64,000 bases of DNA. It comes from Phoronis australis. Lineage: Eukaryota > Animalia > Phoronida. Within the stretch, counting starts at the first letter, position 1; each line of letters begins with the position of its first letter. The notes under the pieces are model-generated. The model was not told the origin of the DNA and did not search any database. It worked only from the letters and a program-made list of their open reading frames with translations. This document shows positions 62,404 to 64,000 of this stretch, one piece after another. Where the stretch lies: positions 165,143 through 229,142 of the forward strand of contig NMRA01000407.1 of NCBI GenBank assembly GCA_002633005.1. Reading direction: 5' to 3'. Made by a program: the position numbers and the translations under genes.

Positions 62404-63745
62404 AGTATCACAAATAACCCCTTTTTATACCTCATTATGATCCTGACATGGCCAATACAACCGTTAAATAATCCATTTACTTATTCAACTCGTGATGAAT
62501 AACATTTTGGCGGGAACCGGAGGCCGGATTCAAACACGCTGCGCTCGAGTTTGGAGCTGTCTACCTAGCCGCTGCACCATACAAAAGCTTACTATCATCT
62601 TACGTTAAAATAGAATAATTTAAGGAGAATTCCACCCGATTTAATAAGTTTTTGTTACAGTCTTAATCGGTCTATATCCACATCGCCTCTCCGAGAGGTG
62701 TCACGTTAACCTGTGAGGAAGGTGAGTACACGGCGACGTCAGTGGTTCTTCAGCCGAATGCATGCCGCTATGGTGTGGCATATCGTTCGCGCTTGTGCGA
62801 GCCATGAAGCTACGACGAAAGCAAATATATTGTTTTTTCACGATTTCCTCGAGAACCCGAACTGCTTTGGAAGTGGTTCCCGGCAGTAAAGAACGAAAAG
62901 TACGCCGTTGGTACCAAGTATGAGACCGTGAAATATGTCCGTGTCTTTGGATGAATTATTGTAACCTAACAAATGTTTATATGAAACTGAAACAAAGTAT
63001 CAAAGTCTGTCTCAGTAGATACCATTTGTAATGCCTTAGTCGTGTTCGTGAGTGCAAACGTGCACCAAATGCAGTGGCGGATCTACGTTTTCAATAATAT
63101 GAAATAAAGAAACCTCAGACTAAGTGCGTTTGAACCTTATAGGGGGGGTTAGGATTCCCGCAAAGGTCGATTCCGAGGCGCGAGGCGCCGAGTGGGGGGC
63201 GGTCGAGAAGGAGGTTTTCCTCCACCCATGTAAGACAATTTTCTGTTTTTGTAGCCAAACAGTGAAATTTCTATGCATCCTGGTAAGTTTCTGGCACTTA
63301 ACATGTCTCTGGAGTTTTTCTTAAGATAATTGAAAACCCTTCTCAATTTCGTCACATGAACTTGGCTCAAAACTTTCGTGAAACCATATTTGTGCACATT
63401 TGGGTATGAGTCACGCCACCAGTAAAAATTTTTGTTGGAACATCTGCTTACACACACCTATTTTAACATACGAAAAGTCGTATACAAAAAGTGTGGTGTG
63501 TATACAGGGGTTAAGGCAACTACTAAATATTCAAGAGCATAAGGAGCACCGACGGGGCGTAAAAACTTGAATATCAGATGATCGCGTAAAAGCAGCTTCA
63601 AGTTGTTTAAGAACCGGAAGACCGGAAATAAACATGTGTGCTGTCTCGTTACGAGAAAAACCAGCGAACAATGGTGCTCTCAGCTCATAGTCTATTATTA
63701 AAAGCGACAATAAACAATTAAGTATCACTTTATTAAACTAACAGT

Positions 63746-64000
63746 TTTCGTCTCATTCATAACTTGTCATATCCATCTCGTCACTCTAACTCAGTTAACT
63801 CCCTCATACCCCCTCAATTCTCCCAAGTCCAGTACCAATCCATCACGGACGCTATCCGCCTGGTTCAACGGTTTGGGCGCCACTCCCTCATGGCTAAGAC
63901 TGACATCAAGGACGCTTTTCGCATCGTACCGGTGCACCCTGACGACTACCACCTCTTAGGTCTCTCCTGGGCCAACAACTTCTACTACGACAGGTGCCTG
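63746..64000 (+). mobile_element. Reverse transcriptase fragment of a DIRS/Ngaro-type (tyrosine recombinase) retrotransposon; 5'-truncated, runs off the right edge
   Basis: Open frame FRLIHNLSYP..NSVNSLIP...VQYQSITDAIRLVQRFGRHSLMAKTDIKDAFRIVPVHPDDYHLLGLSWANNFYYDRCL; abrupt shift to C-rich composition. Confidence 0.88.

Noticed and set aside
39016-63700. A second host gene or novel gene cluster in the 25 kb upstream of the PDE
   Set aside because: No ORF with recognisable host-protein motifs or consistent exon chain found; small or non-coding exons cannot be excluded without transcript data

Overview
Eukaryotic (animal, probably invertebrate) genomic DNA, AT-rich and dense in transposon relics. 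It carries one multi-exon host gene on the minus strand: a tandem-GAF class I cyclic-nucleotide phosphodiesterase of the PDE5/PDE6/PDE11 group, whose catalytic motifs most resemble what I recall of invertebrate Pde6. I traced 14 coding exons by hand from ATG 38907 down to 626. All have GT-AG boundaries and consistent phases (about 725 codons), and the gene continues off the left edge. A 24-nt microexon is a further candidate. Introns and the 25 kb upstream contain mostly non-autonomous DNA transposons: two TTAA-flanked Kolobok-like elements (one with decayed, convergent THAP and P2X7-ballast/KolX-like frames), further THAP relics, nested MITEs, foldbacks, a probable solo LTR, a Penelope-like GIY-YIG relic, tRNA-derived SINE-like heads, and a DIRS/Ngaro-type reverse transcriptase fragment at the right edge. 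Three near-identical duplications abut single 'n' characters and look like uncollapsed haplotypes. I found no convincing novel multi-gene system. Most ORFs in the supplied track are spurious.
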